DNA of 44,050 nt from a virus (Duplodnaviria > Caudoviricetes): positions 1-44,050 of the IMG/VR virus record IMGVR_UViG_3300043219_000223. One strand, written 5' to 3'. This document shows positions 25,342 through 35,511 of the stretch, piece after piece. Made by a program: the position numbers and the translations under genes. The notes beneath the pieces were generated by a model, which searched no databases, was not told the origin of the DNA, and saw nothing but the letters and a program-made list of their open reading frames with translations. Each line of letters opens with the position of its first letter. The stretch's first letter is position 1.

Positions 25342-27491
25342 TATTTATTCTCCACGTTAAATTCCGGGACAATACCCAGGAGTGTCATTGGTAAAGGGCC
25401 TTCCTGGGTGATAAACATCGTTGCTTTATCGTCCCAATCTCCAGCGAACTCACCAAGGGCATCACCGGTAAATAAATTAGAAGAAGCTCCCAGATTAATA
25501 CTGAATAAATTACTCAATGACTCTCCATACTTAACACCGTAAGACTGATAAAGAATAATAGTCAGAGCATTAATCCTCTGTTTTTTACCTCTTGAAATAC
25601 CTTGATTGGTATTCACAGACGGCTTCATGGGTTCTATCACCGGAGTATATGGCAATCCAACGGCAGCCTTATCACCGGCAACATCAGCAGTTACCTGGCC
25701 ACCAGACACGGTTTCAGACGCCAAGGCAACACCATCCATAAGAATAGCAACCTCTTCTCCTTCAAGGTGTTCAAGCCCGGTCAAAACCTGAATACCAGAT
25801 CCTTCATAAGACTTTCCAGAGTGAACAAAGAAGGAGTTATCAATATCATTATAAAGCTCAAAGTCCGTGAAATATTCTACATATCTTACGGTCGAGCCTT
25901 CAATGGTGCGGTTCACGATAACCCATATCTGATCTTCCTGAGCATCTTCATCAATCACAGCCACGGATTCATATAGGCCATCAGTAACCAACCTAAACCA
26001 TCCGAAGATATTCTCCTGGGACTCATAGGTCATGCCGAGCAGCTGCCCATCTTCACGAACGCACCAAAGTAAAGGTACGGGGTCGCCCTGGAAAGCCATA
26101 TCAACTATCCCGGTAAGTGCCCTGGTATCCCCAAAGGCAATATGCTTTGCAATCCTGGTCATGTCCGGAGCAATAAAAGAGTCAGAGGATATGGAAAACT
26201 CAAATTTCCTCACGGTGGTCCCTGACCTGGAAGTCCAGAAAACAGTATTATCAACCGAGACAGAATCAATATTTTTCACACCGGAAGAAATTTCCTTTGA
26301 GGCAACCACATTGGTTGCTGTAATAGGATCATTTACATTCGTACCTCCGATTTTCCAGGCGCCCCCGGTGGTCCCGACCAGCACGAATTTCTTACCAACC
26401 AACCACCTTATCCGGTCAACCCGGTCAGAGCCAATCGTATACTCAATAGCATCCGCATCGTCAACCCCGAAATCAAAGGTATCAAAATCGGCACTGGCGG
26501 AAAACACTATGGTTTGAGGTTTATTGTTTGAGCCAGCCATACAAAGACGTTGTTCAAAAAACGTGCCGCAGGAAGGCCGGTTGTCCTCAGTCCCGTAATA
26601 AGTCTCTTGAGCGGTTCCGGCAGAACTATAAGCGGTAAAAGTCTGAGAGTCAATCCCGACCAGTTCAAAAGTTCCGCCCGCCCCAGCAACCACATTAGCC
26701 ACAGTAAAAAACTGGTCATTCAATTCGACCATGCCAACAATATCAGCCAGGTAAACAATATCACCGTCTTCCAAGCCATCAACTCCATCCAAAGCCACCG
26801 GAGCAGGGACAGTGGTACATGTCACTACTGCCGGGTCAGCTTGAGTAATGTCAGTAATATCCATCTCAGCACCAATATGAGAGATGTGATTCGTGAGCGT
26901 CCAGTCAGTGTCACCGAACCTGGCAAGCTCCTTTGTTGGATAGGACGGATGGAATATCCACATCACATCAGCAGATTGAATAGTCTTAAGTCCGAAAAGA
27001 TCGGCCTCAAGATAAGGAGTAGGAACCTCATAAGCCAAATCAGTTGCCCCGCCAGTAGCCTCCCACAACCCATCGGAAAGGTCAGTGGCAAATGTCCCGG
27101 ACGTGTGGGCCTCCAGACACCGGTAATGATTTCCGCCCTCAGTAACCAGGTCACCCAGAGCATAGGCAGTAGCCGTATTCCAAGCGACATAAGCAATCTG
27201 TAACTGGCCATCATCCCGATAAAACCTGACATAAAGATTCCCAAACTCTAAGACATAGGCCTCTTGATCAGAAAACTGGAAAGGAATCAACCTGGATTCT
27301 TTAGAGCTGTCTTTTGTCTCAGCCGCAAAAACCGTCCCGGGCATCTTCTGGCCGCCGCCCTCTACCAGGGGAAACATATTCTGCATGGTCTTGCATCCAG
27401 AATAATATTTCTCAATATCTGTCCGAGCATCGACCTTGGGACTTAATTCCCCAGCGTTGAAATTATTTATATTTGGAGTTGCTTTAGCCAT
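25341..27491 (-). CDS. Tail nozzle / tail tubular protein B
   Basis: NFNAGELSP...RTD..KY, LIPFQFS, LEFG..Y.RF, QSADV, FFEQRL, GLEHLEGE.V, GLPY; inserted carbohydrate-binding-like and ITQADPAVVT domains. Confidence 0.9.
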   Translation of the reverse strand: MAKATPNINNFNAGELSPKVDARTDIEKYYSGCKTMQNMFPLVEGGGQKMPGTVFAAETKDSSKESRLIPFQFSDQEAYVLEFGNLYVRFYRDDGQLQIAYVAWNTATAYALGDLVTEGGNHYRCLEAHTSGTFATDLSDGLWEATGGATDLAYEVPTPYLEADLFGLKTIQSADVMWIFHPSYPTKELARFGDTDWTLTNHISHIGAEMDITDITQADPAVVTCTTVPAPVALDGVDGLEDGDIVYLADIVGMVELNDQFFTVANVVAGAGGTFELVGIDSQTFTAYSSAGTAQETYYGTEDNRPSCGTFFEQRLCMAGSNNKPQTIVFSASADFDTFDFGVDDADAIEYTIGSDRVDRIRWLVGKKFVLVGTTGGAWKIGGTNVNDPITATNVVASKEISSGVKNIDSVSVDNTVFWTSRSGTTVRKFEFSISSDSFIAPDMTRIAKHIAFGDTRALTGIVDMAFQGDPVPLLWCVREDGQLLGMTYESQENIFGWFRLVTDGLYESVAVIDEDAQEDQIWVIVNRTIEGSTVRYVEYFTDFELYNDIDNSFFVHSGKSYEGSGIQVLTGLEHLEGEEVAILMDGVALASETVSGGQVTADVAGDKAAVGLPYTPVIEPMKPSVNTNQGISRGKKQRINALTIILYQSYGVKYGESLSNLFSINLGASSNLFTGDALGEFAGDWDDKATMFITQEGPLPMTLLGIVPEFNVENK

Positions 27492-27553
27492 TAGTTAACT
27501 ATCTCCTGTCTGGAGCATTTTGCTAATCATTTCGTAGTCTTTGGTTTGTTTTA

Positions 27554-28192
27554 TCATTTTGTCGGTAATCCTGTCGGGATAAGTGTAGGTGCTGGCCTGT
27601 TCGCACTGGCATCAGCAGCGGCAGTGACCCTAACGTGAGTGCCTGATGGATCTTTAAAGGCAAGACCACCACCCTCTGCTTCTCCGAACATTACAGCGTA
27701 TGCATATGCCTGAGATTCCTGCCAAGTCAGACCTATATCTACTTCATCTACTTCTGGGTTGTAATCATATAGAGCCGCAATATCTGCTTCAGCCTGAGTA
27801 GCTGCAACCCCTACATACGGCAATTCTGGGACCAAAACAAATTCCATCTGGGTGGGGTCTGCACCGTCTGCAATTACTGTCACGGTTACTGACCACGCAC
27901 CCACAGCAAAAACGACATCTGGCAAGTCTAATCGGTATATTCCGGGATGGGCTGTATCATCGACTTCCAGAAACCCCCAATCAAGATGAGGGTCATCTAA
28001 CTGCGGAGTAGCTAAGTCAACAAGTCCACCTGATGCAGCAACAACAAAATCGTTATCTATTTCAACCCTGACATAAGATGCATCGGCACCAGCAGAGTCA
28101 AACACTAATCCTGTAAGTGGCGCACCAGCCTCGTCCCTGATGAAGATTGATACTGAATAATCGGTCATCCCCTGTTTAATTTCTTGTTTCAT
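27554..28192 (-). CDS. Acidic virion accessory protein
   Basis: G..EVD....PGIYRLDLPD..FA.GA motif; structural block. Confidence 0.65.
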   Translation of the reverse strand: MKQEIKQGMTDYSVSIFIRDEAGAPLTGLVFDSAGADASYVRVEIDNDFVVAASGGLVDLATPQLDDPHLDWGFLEVDDTAHPGIYRLDLPDVVFAVGAWSVTVTVIADGADPTQMEFVLVPELPYVGVAATQAEADIAALYDYNPEVDEVDIGLTWQESQAYAYAVMFGEAEGGGLAFKDPSGTHVRVTAAADASANRPAPTLIPTGLPTK

Positions 28193-28198
28193 AATTTA

Positions 28199-28942
28199 TT
28201 ACCCCGTCATTAATCCTAAATTTCCACCTAAAGAATTTCCATCCATGCCATGACCATCTAAAAGAAGAGTTGAACCACCAGCCACACCATCACCGATAAA
28301 AATCAAATCCTCTGTATAACCGTCACCGTGTATATTAGGGTTAGGAGATGAAGCATTATGTAACCCCGCTGGAACAATTACAAAATTTAACATCTGTAAA
28401 AGTGTTAGGTGTTCGGCATTTACAGTAAGAGTTGTTAAAAGGTTAGTTCGTCCTGCATCCGAATAAAGGCCCATTACATATAACCCTTTGCTAAAAGTGC
28501 CAGCTCCGGCAGTGTAGTTTATTGTAGGATAACCCGTAAACGGGGTAGAGCCTATTGAATAAGTTTCCTGCTCTATGCTCCCAGGGTCTTCTTTCCCTTC
28601 ATTTACCGTCAAATCTATGCGATTCGGGGTTACAGAAGAATCAACAATACGCACTCTCACACCGTTATAATCATTAAAATCAGTCATATCGTGAAGTGTG
28701 TCTGACATGAAAAAATTCGCTACTTGATAAACACCCCCACCCCGATCTATATTGGCATAATTTAATCCAAATGTTATTTCAAGATCATCATCTGACAAGA
28801 GATTATAAGCTAATGATCCTGTCTTCTCCTCAATTATTCTTGTCTGTAGTTCTAACCAAGACATGGTTGACGCTATAGCAGATATTTCAGCATCGGTATC
28901 GGCTATAGTAAATTCAGTGAAATCAAATTGCTTTGTTCCCAT
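28199..28942 (-). CDS. Beta-rich (lectin-like) virion accessory protein
   Basis: Acidic, beta-strand-rich composition; Gly-rich C-terminal tail. Confidence 0.55.
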   Translation of the reverse strand: MGTKQFDFTEFTIADTDAEISAIASTMSWLELQTRIIEEKTGSLAYNLLSDDDLEITFGLNYANIDRGGGVYQVANFFMSDTLHDMTDFNDYNGVRVRIVDSSVTPNRIDLTVNEGKEDPGSIEQETYSIGSTPFTGYPTINYTAGAGTFSKGLYVMGLYSDAGRTNLLTTLTVNAEHLTLLQMLNFVIVPAGLHNASSPNPNIHGDGYTEDLIFIGDGVAGGSTLLLDGHGMDGNSLGGNLGLMTG

Positions 28943-28944
28943 TC

Positions 28945-29352
28945 CTAATCCTCAAAATCCTCAATAGCTACTGCCCACTCAGACACTGGCATTTTAAAGT
29001 CACCGCCCGGAGTTAGGATTAAAGGTGCATCCATATCATCGGGAATATCCGGTATAGATGCTTCTGTCATTCGTTGAGCTTGCCGACCTTTGGCATCATT
29101 GAACTCTTCAATCCAATTCATAAATCTCCGCTTCTGAAACCGTCTGAAATCCTGCTCTGATAACTTAAGATTTACAGGCATTGAATTGACAAGGGGGGAA
29201 GCCATTCGTTTAAGAGCCTCATACTCGTCAGCGGTCAGTCCAACTCGATACCATTTACCCATAATCCTATGAATAAATTCAGAATAACCTTTTAACTTAT
29301 AGGCGTGGTCTATTTTTTCTCTGGGGATAATCACCCCTGTTGGATATTTCAT
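28945..29352 (-). CDS. Hypothetical small protein
   Basis: AAGGAG RBS; precedes the 247-aa gene. Confidence 0.65.
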   Translation of the reverse strand: MKYPTGVIIPREKIDHAYKLKGYSEFIHRIMGKWYRVGLTADEYEALKRMASPLVNSMPVNLKLSEQDFRRFQKRRFMNWIEEFNDAKGRQAQRMTEASIPDIPDDMDAPLILTPGGDFKMPVSEWAVAIEDFED

Positions 29353-29364
29353 TAATATTTCTCC

Positions 29365-31248
29365 TTAACTCGTTCGGCTAAACCAATTTTTGCTGAACCA
29401 TCTTGTACTGAACCAATTTTTACTAAACCACTTACCACCAGTGGTCAGAACGACCCCCTGGTCTATCTCAAACCATACTGTTATGGTTACATCCTCCACA
29501 TATGCAGGGCTGTTTGAGTAATGCATATCCACCCAGAAGCCGTCAGTTGTGCCGTCTATCGGGTCATTTATATTGCCTCTTCTTAACCTCTCGTATCTGT
29601 TGGCAATAGCTGTCATACCGACAGCCCCAACGTGTAAATCTGCATGATTGTCTATATCGCACTTACTTCCGTTCACATGTATAATAAATAAGTAAGCGTC
29701 AAATTCTGCGTTCACATGAGTTGTGAAGATATTGGCATCAAATGTTTTCAGTAAAATACCTGGGCTATCATTCAGTTGCTCAAAAGAAATATGATAAACG
29801 TCCACATCGGTTAGTGTCAGATCCGTGGTCGATAAAACCACTGAACCCTCAAACCACTTTGAGCTAATGTAAGCACCAGTGAAAGTGTGGACAGTATTTC
29901 CATTCGCATCTGTGGTTGTTCCGTCTACGGTCAAAGCATCTACCGGGATAATATCTGTGTCAGCTACAGTCACTGCTCCAGTATTCCGATCAACTGTATC
30001 CCCGGTTATTATAATATCCCCAACCAGATCAGACCCGGCATTGACAACTATCATTACCTTGCCGATGCCCTTAGTTACTGGTAAATCGGTAGGTCCCGGA
30101 TCTAAAGGCTGCCCGGTTGCGAGGGACAACAAACCACCATGCCAGTTTGTCTCGGACGCTCTTGATGGTTCAGCATCGTACATATCCAATGACATTAATT
30201 GGGGAGGTAATCCGAGAGTCTTAAAGTCTAAAACACCTGCACCGCTTGTTACCAATATCTGGTCTTCCTGCCCATCAGAAAGGGGAACAGTATAAGAATT
30301 AAGACCTCCAAAAGATAGAGACGGAACAGAAGCGTCAATACTTATCACTGGATTTCCATTACCGTCAGAGTTCCCGCTTAATTCCTCAATAAAGAAGATG
30401 TTGATGGGGTTTATCCAGATGATGCCCGTAGTATCATTGGCCTTGATAACAATTCCTATAAATATCTTTCGCTCAGTTCCTACCGGGAGTACATTTGTCA
30501 ATCTCCCAGATGTATTGGATACAAAAAGCCGCTCGTTATCTCCCCACACTTCACCAACTGGTGTACCAGAAGTGTCGATATCTCTGACCAAACCATTTGT
30601 GGTTACATATCCATTGCCATTAGTATTAACATCCTCAGTAAATACCCCAATCGACTCCATCGCTATAGGATCATCAGCTTCTGAAAAACCGAACTCTGGG
30701 CTGTTCCCTGATGCCCCGCTTATTCTTACTGGTCGTCCGTCAGTAGTTCCTGTGCCAGTGGTGTTTTTCCCTCGAATTAATAACTCAAGCCCGTTTTGTA
30801 GATTAACATTCCCGCCTTTTAGCCCGGTATTTATTACACCTTCGTCATCATTCCAGACTTGCCGGCCTTCTGCGGGGGGTACACCGTTGGTAAGATTGAA
30901 ATCAATATACCCGACATCTGTTATAGGGTTGTCAGTCATATCTAAAATATCAGTTAAAGTCATACCAGCAAATGTCGGGTTAGCCCCGGTGTGAATATCC
31001 TGTGGAGTGGAGGCTGTCGCCGTCCCATCACCATCATCAGTTATGATTACCTGATTCGTAGTGCCTTTAAGCCAATTTGAAATACTGGTAGAGACTAAAT
31101 TTTTATCGCCATCAGTGGCCACAAGACGGTTCGCAATAAGTCCAACGGCAGTCGTAAAACTCATATAGAACCGAGCCACACCATCGGTCCAGACAAACTG
31201 TGAAAGTTGCCTTAGTTTTCTATGAAACCCTCTTTTACCTAAACCCAT
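29365..31248 (-). CDS. Tail fibre/appendage-like protein
   Basis: GTTNQV..TD.GDGT, PQDIHT.A.PTFAG, KN.TG..DG.PV.ISG, G.VTT.GLVRDIDTS, GQ.L.T.G.G.L fibre motifs. Confidence 0.7.
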   Translation of the reverse strand: MGLGKRGFHRKLRQLSQFVWTDGVARFYMSFTTAVGLIANRLVATDGDKNLVSTSISNWLKGTTNQVIITDDGDGTATASTPQDIHTGANPTFAGMTLTDILDMTDNPITDVGYIDFNLTNGVPPAEGRQVWNDDEGVINTGLKGGNVNLQNGLELLIRGKNTTGTGTTDGRPVRISGASGNSPEFGFSEADDPIAMESIGVFTEDVNTNGNGYVTTNGLVRDIDTSGTPVGEVWGDNERLFVSNTSGRLTNVLPVGTERKIFIGIVIKANDTTGIIWINPINIFFIEELSGNSDGNGNPVISIDASVPSLSFGGLNSYTVPLSDGQEDQILVTSGAGVLDFKTLGLPPQLMSLDMYDAEPSRASETNWHGGLLSLATGQPLDPGPTDLPVTKGIGKVMIVVNAGSDLVGDIIITGDTVDRNTGAVTVADTDIIPVDALTVDGTTTDANGNTVHTFTGAYISSKWFEGSVVLSTTDLTLTDVDVYHISFEQLNDSPGILLKTFDANIFTTHVNAEFDAYLFIIHVNGSKCDIDNHADLHVGAVGMTAIANRYERLRRGNINDPIDGTTDGFWVDMHYSNSPAYVEDVTITVWFEIDQGVVLTTGGKWFSKNWFSTRWFSKNWFSRTS

Positions 31249-32172
31249 CTACCACCTGCCCGCGCCAGACCAGGAATTATCCCCAGTCTCGGACTCAAGG
31301 AAATCAAGTGATTGATCGAGGCCAACAGCCCCTTTCAATGCCTGCTCGTACCTGATCATGGCCTGCTCTTCTTTTGTTGTCGAATTGGTAACCTTGATGG
31401 CCAGTTCAGCGGCAATCCTCCAAGCCAGGGTATCTACAAATTTTGCTGTATAGTTCGGTAATGCACCCTCTCCGGCCAGGGCAAAAGTATAAGGGTTCTC
31501 ATCACTGTCATTATTCGCGATGCTCACGGTAGCCGTATAATCTCCCACAACAGACGGAGTAAAATCTATTGTGAACGTAGAGCTTTCTCCCGAGGCAATC
31601 GGGCTTGAAGCGTCAGCACCCAGAGTAAATACTTCTGTGTCGCCGGTGATTGTCACAGCTGGAGAATCTGTAAGGTAGAGATCACCCAGCCCGCTATTTG
31701 TTATAACGAAATCTTGACTCAAGCCACCAACCGCTCTTCTGATGTATGTAAGAAATAAATCACCGTTATCACTGTCATAATCAGTAAAAAGGCACTCTGT
31801 TCCATCGTCAAGGGTTTCCACCACATATGTAAATTTATAACCAACCGCACAAATAAATCCATTTAGACCAACATAGTTCCCTGATTCAAAAACAGCCGGG
31901 TCCAGTTCTTTCTCCTGGAAGATTCTCATAAAATCATCGGGGATAAGATATGCGAAATCGTAAAAGTTCGCCGGAGTGGTCCCGCTCTTTACCAGGGCAA
32001 CCCTGATCTTAGCAAACCTCCAATCGGCGGATTCAAGAACCTCATCCTGCATGAAGTCATATACAGCATTGACATCTCTGGCCCTGTCAGAGTCTTCCGT
32101 GAGGGAATTTATCTTTGCGGCCCCAAGATTTCTCAATGCTTTGTTGGCTATTTCTAATTTGGTGTATGCCAT
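31249..32172 (-). CDS. Tail adaptor (tubular protein A) paralog with an inserted partial Ig-like domain
   Basis: Clearly homologous to 36460-37137 (MAYTK..IAN.AL, DWRFAK.RVALVK, ETLDDGTEC, ETGD.SW.GAGR) plus an 88-aa insert. Confidence 0.85.
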   Translation of the reverse strand: MAYTKLEIANKALRNLGAAKINSLTEDSDRARDVNAVYDFMQDEVLESADWRFAKIRVALVKSGTTPANFYDFAYLIPDDFMRIFQEKELDPAVFESGNYVGLNGFICAVGYKFTYVVETLDDGTECLFTDYDSDNGDLFLTYIRRAVGGLSQDFVITNSGLGDLYLTDSPAVTITGDTEVFTLGADASSPIASGESSTFTIDFTPSVVGDYTATVSIANNDSDENPYTFALAGEGALPNYTAKFVDTLAWRIAAELAIKVTNSTTKEEQAMIRYEQALKGAVGLDQSLDFLESETGDNSWSGAGRW

Positions 32173-33578
32173 CAGGATATACCCGCCTTGCCAAAATCAG
32201 TGCCATCATCCTCAGACGGCGTGACATCTCCGTCAATTATCTCAATATCATTCCCGGTAATACACATCTCAGGAGCTACCCCGGCCCCGGACACGGCGAA
32301 AGTATAAGGGTTCTCATCTGAATCGTTGTTGGCGATTGAAATCGTGGCGGTGTATGAAGCCACGGCGCTTGATACGAATGAAATTATAAAAGTAGCACTT
32401 CCACCTATCGCCACAGAAGTAGGCGCGTCCGTATCCAGCGTGAACTCTGCATCATCGCCTGTAATAGTCACTCTGGGCGTATCTGTAAGATAAAGAATCG
32501 CATCGCCAGTGTTCTTTATCGTAAAGGTATGCGTTACCTCAATCCCAACAGTGTTATTCCCCCAGGCCGTATCATTGTCCACGGATGAAATAGTAGAGCC
32601 ATCAGGAATGGATTCCCCCTTACCCTGTACGTCCATCTCTGGAAAGGTATTAGCCTCAGAAGCGCCCATTGACCATGGACCGATTATAGGACTTCCTCTT
32701 TTATTTATCGGTACATCAATTTCAGGCCATGTGGCAGGATTAAATGTTGTTCCCTGTCCCTCAATGTCTGCACCAGATTTAATGGTAAGGTCAGTAGCAG
32801 TCCAGGGCGCACCAACTGGATTAACAAGTTGGTCCGCAGTGGTTAGATTTATTAGACTGTTCGCCCCTTCTGTGGCAGAGCCGTCAGCGGTGGCGTTATA
32901 GTCCTGTTCACCCTGGGTGCTTTCTATGTCAACCGTCTGCCCTAAAACAGCATTGTTTTTTAGAATATAATTATCAAAAAAACCGCCTTCTACACCCAAT
33001 TCTCCACATAACGCTATAGTATTATTGGCAACAAATGTATCGTCAGGCACACTGCTTATCGTCACCCCAATATCAGGAGTCCCATAAATAATATTTCGAT
33101 AGAATCCAATAGCACCTGGCGCGGCTTGTACGCCGACAAGATGCGCTCCGGGAGTTGCCGCACTTACATGCTCATTGTTATTATGAATAATAAGATGATG
33201 GAAACGCCCGTAATTGGCTGTATCGCCACTTCTGAATCTGAAATTTGCATTTGCCCCTGGGCCTTTCAGTTCAAGCCATGACATCTGAACGTATACGTCT
33301 AAAACTTCTGCTACTGTGGCCCCGGAAACCTCCACCCTTGCATTACCCTTACCTGAAACCTCATGCGCACGTCCATCAGGTTCTGCGCCAACCAACGAGT
33401 GAAGATCTGGGAAATTAACAGCCGTATAATTCCGGCTATCACTAAAAGAAAATGCGCCAAAAACCTCAGCCTTACATTCACCAATATAATGATTACCAGT
33501 ATTAACTCTAAACGCTATCCAGAGAGATATGTCGGTATAAGTTTCACCAGTTCCAATGGTGTCGGTAATGGTAGCCAT
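32172..33578 (-). CDS. Beta-helix-like virion protein with choice-of-anchor-D/ASH-type Ig-like domain
   Basis: NIIY/NNTI/KNNA parallel beta-helix pattern; FTIKNTG...SIANNDSDENPYTF. Confidence 0.75.
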   Translation of the reverse strand: MATITDTIGTGETYTDISLWIAFRVNTGNHYIGECKAEVFGAFSFSDSRNYTAVNFPDLHSLVGAEPDGRAHEVSGKGNARVEVSGATVAEVLDVYVQMSWLELKGPGANANFRFRSGDTANYGRFHHLIIHNNNEHVSAATPGAHLVGVQAAPGAIGFYRNIIYGTPDIGVTISSVPDDTFVANNTIALCGELGVEGGFFDNYILKNNAVLGQTVDIESTQGEQDYNATADGSATEGANSLINLTTADQLVNPVGAPWTATDLTIKSGADIEGQGTTFNPATWPEIDVPINKRGSPIIGPWSMGASEANTFPEMDVQGKGESIPDGSTISSVDNDTAWGNNTVGIEVTHTFTIKNTGDAILYLTDTPRVTITGDDAEFTLDTDAPTSVAIGGSATFIISFVSSAVASYTATISIANNDSDENPYTFAVSGAGVAPEMCITGNDIEIIDGDVTPSEDDGTDFGKAGIS

Positions 33579-34150
33579 TAGATATCCTTGAATTTTGCGG
33601 CAGGAATAGGCTTGTCAAATCTCGGTCTGACGATTTTTGATTTATCTTTAATTTTAATCAGTGTATCGCCTGAAATCCCTTCATCAGCGTCAAAGTCAAA
33701 TACTTTTTTGTATTGCCAAGACTCCACCTGTGCAGGGGCAGCGTCTTCATTGGTAACGATGAGTGCTATTTTAAGAATATGCTCACTAAATAAAACAGTC
33801 TCGTAAGCCCTTTTATTGGACTCTGGGGCGTAATTAATATAGCTTAACAATCCAGTATCTTTTATATGCTTATCCCAAAAAACCTGTGGGTAAGTATAAT
33901 CTCTAAAAAGTAAATCACTGGCTTTAACCCAAGCATCCCTTATCCCAGGATTGTCATCCCAAGCCTCGCATATATATTTCCATCCAGGGATTTTAGCATT
34001 TTTATACGCATCTCTTTTCATTGGCCCTGGTTGAGGGAAATCACAAAATACTTGTATCCAATACCGCATGATTCGTGGATCAGAATAAACAGCAACCACA
34101 TAACCAAGAGGCGATTCAGGGTTGTCAATATTTAAGGCTATCTCTGACAT
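33578..34150 (-). CDS. Hypothetical protein
   Basis: Stop/start overlaps on both sides. Confidence 0.7.
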   Translation of the reverse strand: MSEIALNIDNPESPLGYVVAVYSDPRIMRYWIQVFCDFPQPGPMKRDAYKNAKIPGWKYICEAWDDNPGIRDAWVKASDLLFRDYTYPQVFWDKHIKDTGLLSYINYAPESNKRAYETVLFSEHILKIALIVTNEDAAPAQVESWQYKKVFDFDADEGISGDTLIKIKDKSKIVRPRFDKPIPAAKFKDI

Positions 34151-35511
34151 TATCTCACCAAATCCCTGACGAGCGGTCCAACTAGAGGCCGGACGAGTTT
34201 GCCAGCATCAGAGGCAGATATACCCGTTCCGGCAATATCAAACGTGTAAGGGTCTTCATTATCGTCATTGTTGGCGATGGAGATATTGGCCTCAAATAAG
34301 CCAGCCCCACTCGGAATAAAGCTGATAATAAAAGTCGTGTCACCCGCCGGGGTAACAGGTGAACCTGCATCTGTGTCTAAAGTGAACTCTCCAGTATCGC
34401 CAGTGATTACGACTGCTGGGCTGTCAGTGAGGGTTAGGTTGGCATCCCCTGAATTGCCGATAGTGTATGTAATCTTCTTCTCTTCGCCTTCAATCACTTC
34501 CTCAAAATCCGTACCGTTTGCCGCACTCGGAGATGATGAGCCGTTGGTTATTGGATTACCGTTTCCAGTGATGTCTATCTCTTGGGCGACAAAATCAGCA
34601 AAACCAAGATCCCCCCATGTTCTGGTATTTCCCCGAACATCATCATCAAATGGATAGGTCGCATCTCCTGATAAATTAGTAGTTCCATTCCCAATAGCAT
34701 CACTGTCACTGGCAGGGATGTAATTGTTTGCCCCTGTCAGGTAAGTGAAGTTTAAATTTTGTAATCCAACTGACCCTGAAGCGTCAGATGAGCCACAGGT
34801 TGTGAGGTTCAGTGTGCCGCCATCTTGTAAATAATCTCTACCTACAATGGAAGCACCGTCAGACAGACCATTCTTTACGTTCATGGTTCCCGATATGCAA
34901 ACAATGCCCTGTTGTGACCCAATACTGGTGGGGTTGTAATGATACCCAGTTCCAGTTGAATGAGCAAAATTAGTAAGATCAGTATCCGCAATCAGGCAAT
35001 CAACCGACCCACCATTGACAGTTAAAATTCCTTGAGTCTGGCCAGCCCCTGTGTTGGTACTGCCTGCCGACAATAATCCAACCACCGTGCTATTTACGGA
35101 ATTTGGAACCGCAAGTAATGGATTACCGGCTGAACTAACTGTATGTTTTAATGAAATATCCTGAATTTGACAATACTCTTCCACGAGGTCGAGTATTTTG
35201 TCTGATACAGTATCTACTAAAGCTAATACACTACCATCATATTTTGGTATTCCCGGAAAAAGTCCGGTTGGGCCACCCTCTCCAACCGCTGGCCTGAAGT
35301 TTCTGCCATAAGTGGCATTATTAGTAGCCCCTGTAAATGTAAGAGTTTTATCATAAACCCCGGCATAACCCTCCATGGTAGGTGATGACTGGGCGGTTAC
35401 ATTATCCCCGTCTGTAAGATCAGCCATATCCTGCGGGTCATCAACATCACCACCTGTGAGCTTTAAGGTGGTGATTACTTCATTGGTGAATGTATGCCTT
35501 GCGGAGGCCAT
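34150..35511 (-). CDS. Beta-helix-like virion protein with C-terminal Ig-like domain
   Basis: G/T/S/N-rich; EIDITGNG...NGTDF...SIANNDDNEDPYTF; LVxx tail. Confidence 0.75.
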   Translation of the reverse strand: MASARHTFTNEVITTLKLTGGDVDDPQDMADLTDGDNVTAQSSPTMEGYAGVYDKTLTFTGATNNATYGRNFRPAVGEGGPTGLFPGIPKYDGSVLALVDTVSDKILDLVEEYCQIQDISLKHTVSSAGNPLLAVPNSVNSTVVGLLSAGSTNTGAGQTQGILTVNGGSVDCLIADTDLTNFAHSTGTGYHYNPTSIGSQQGIVCISGTMNVKNGLSDGASIVGRDYLQDGGTLNLTTCGSSDASGSVGLQNLNFTYLTGANNYIPASDSDAIGNGTTNLSGDATYPFDDDVRGNTRTWGDLGFADFVAQEIDITGNGNPITNGSSSPSAANGTDFEEVIEGEEKKITYTIGNSGDANLTLTDSPAVVITGDTGEFTLDTDAGSPVTPAGDTTFIISFIPSGAGLFEANISIANNDDNEDPYTFDIAGTGISASDAGKLVRPLVGPLVRDLVR

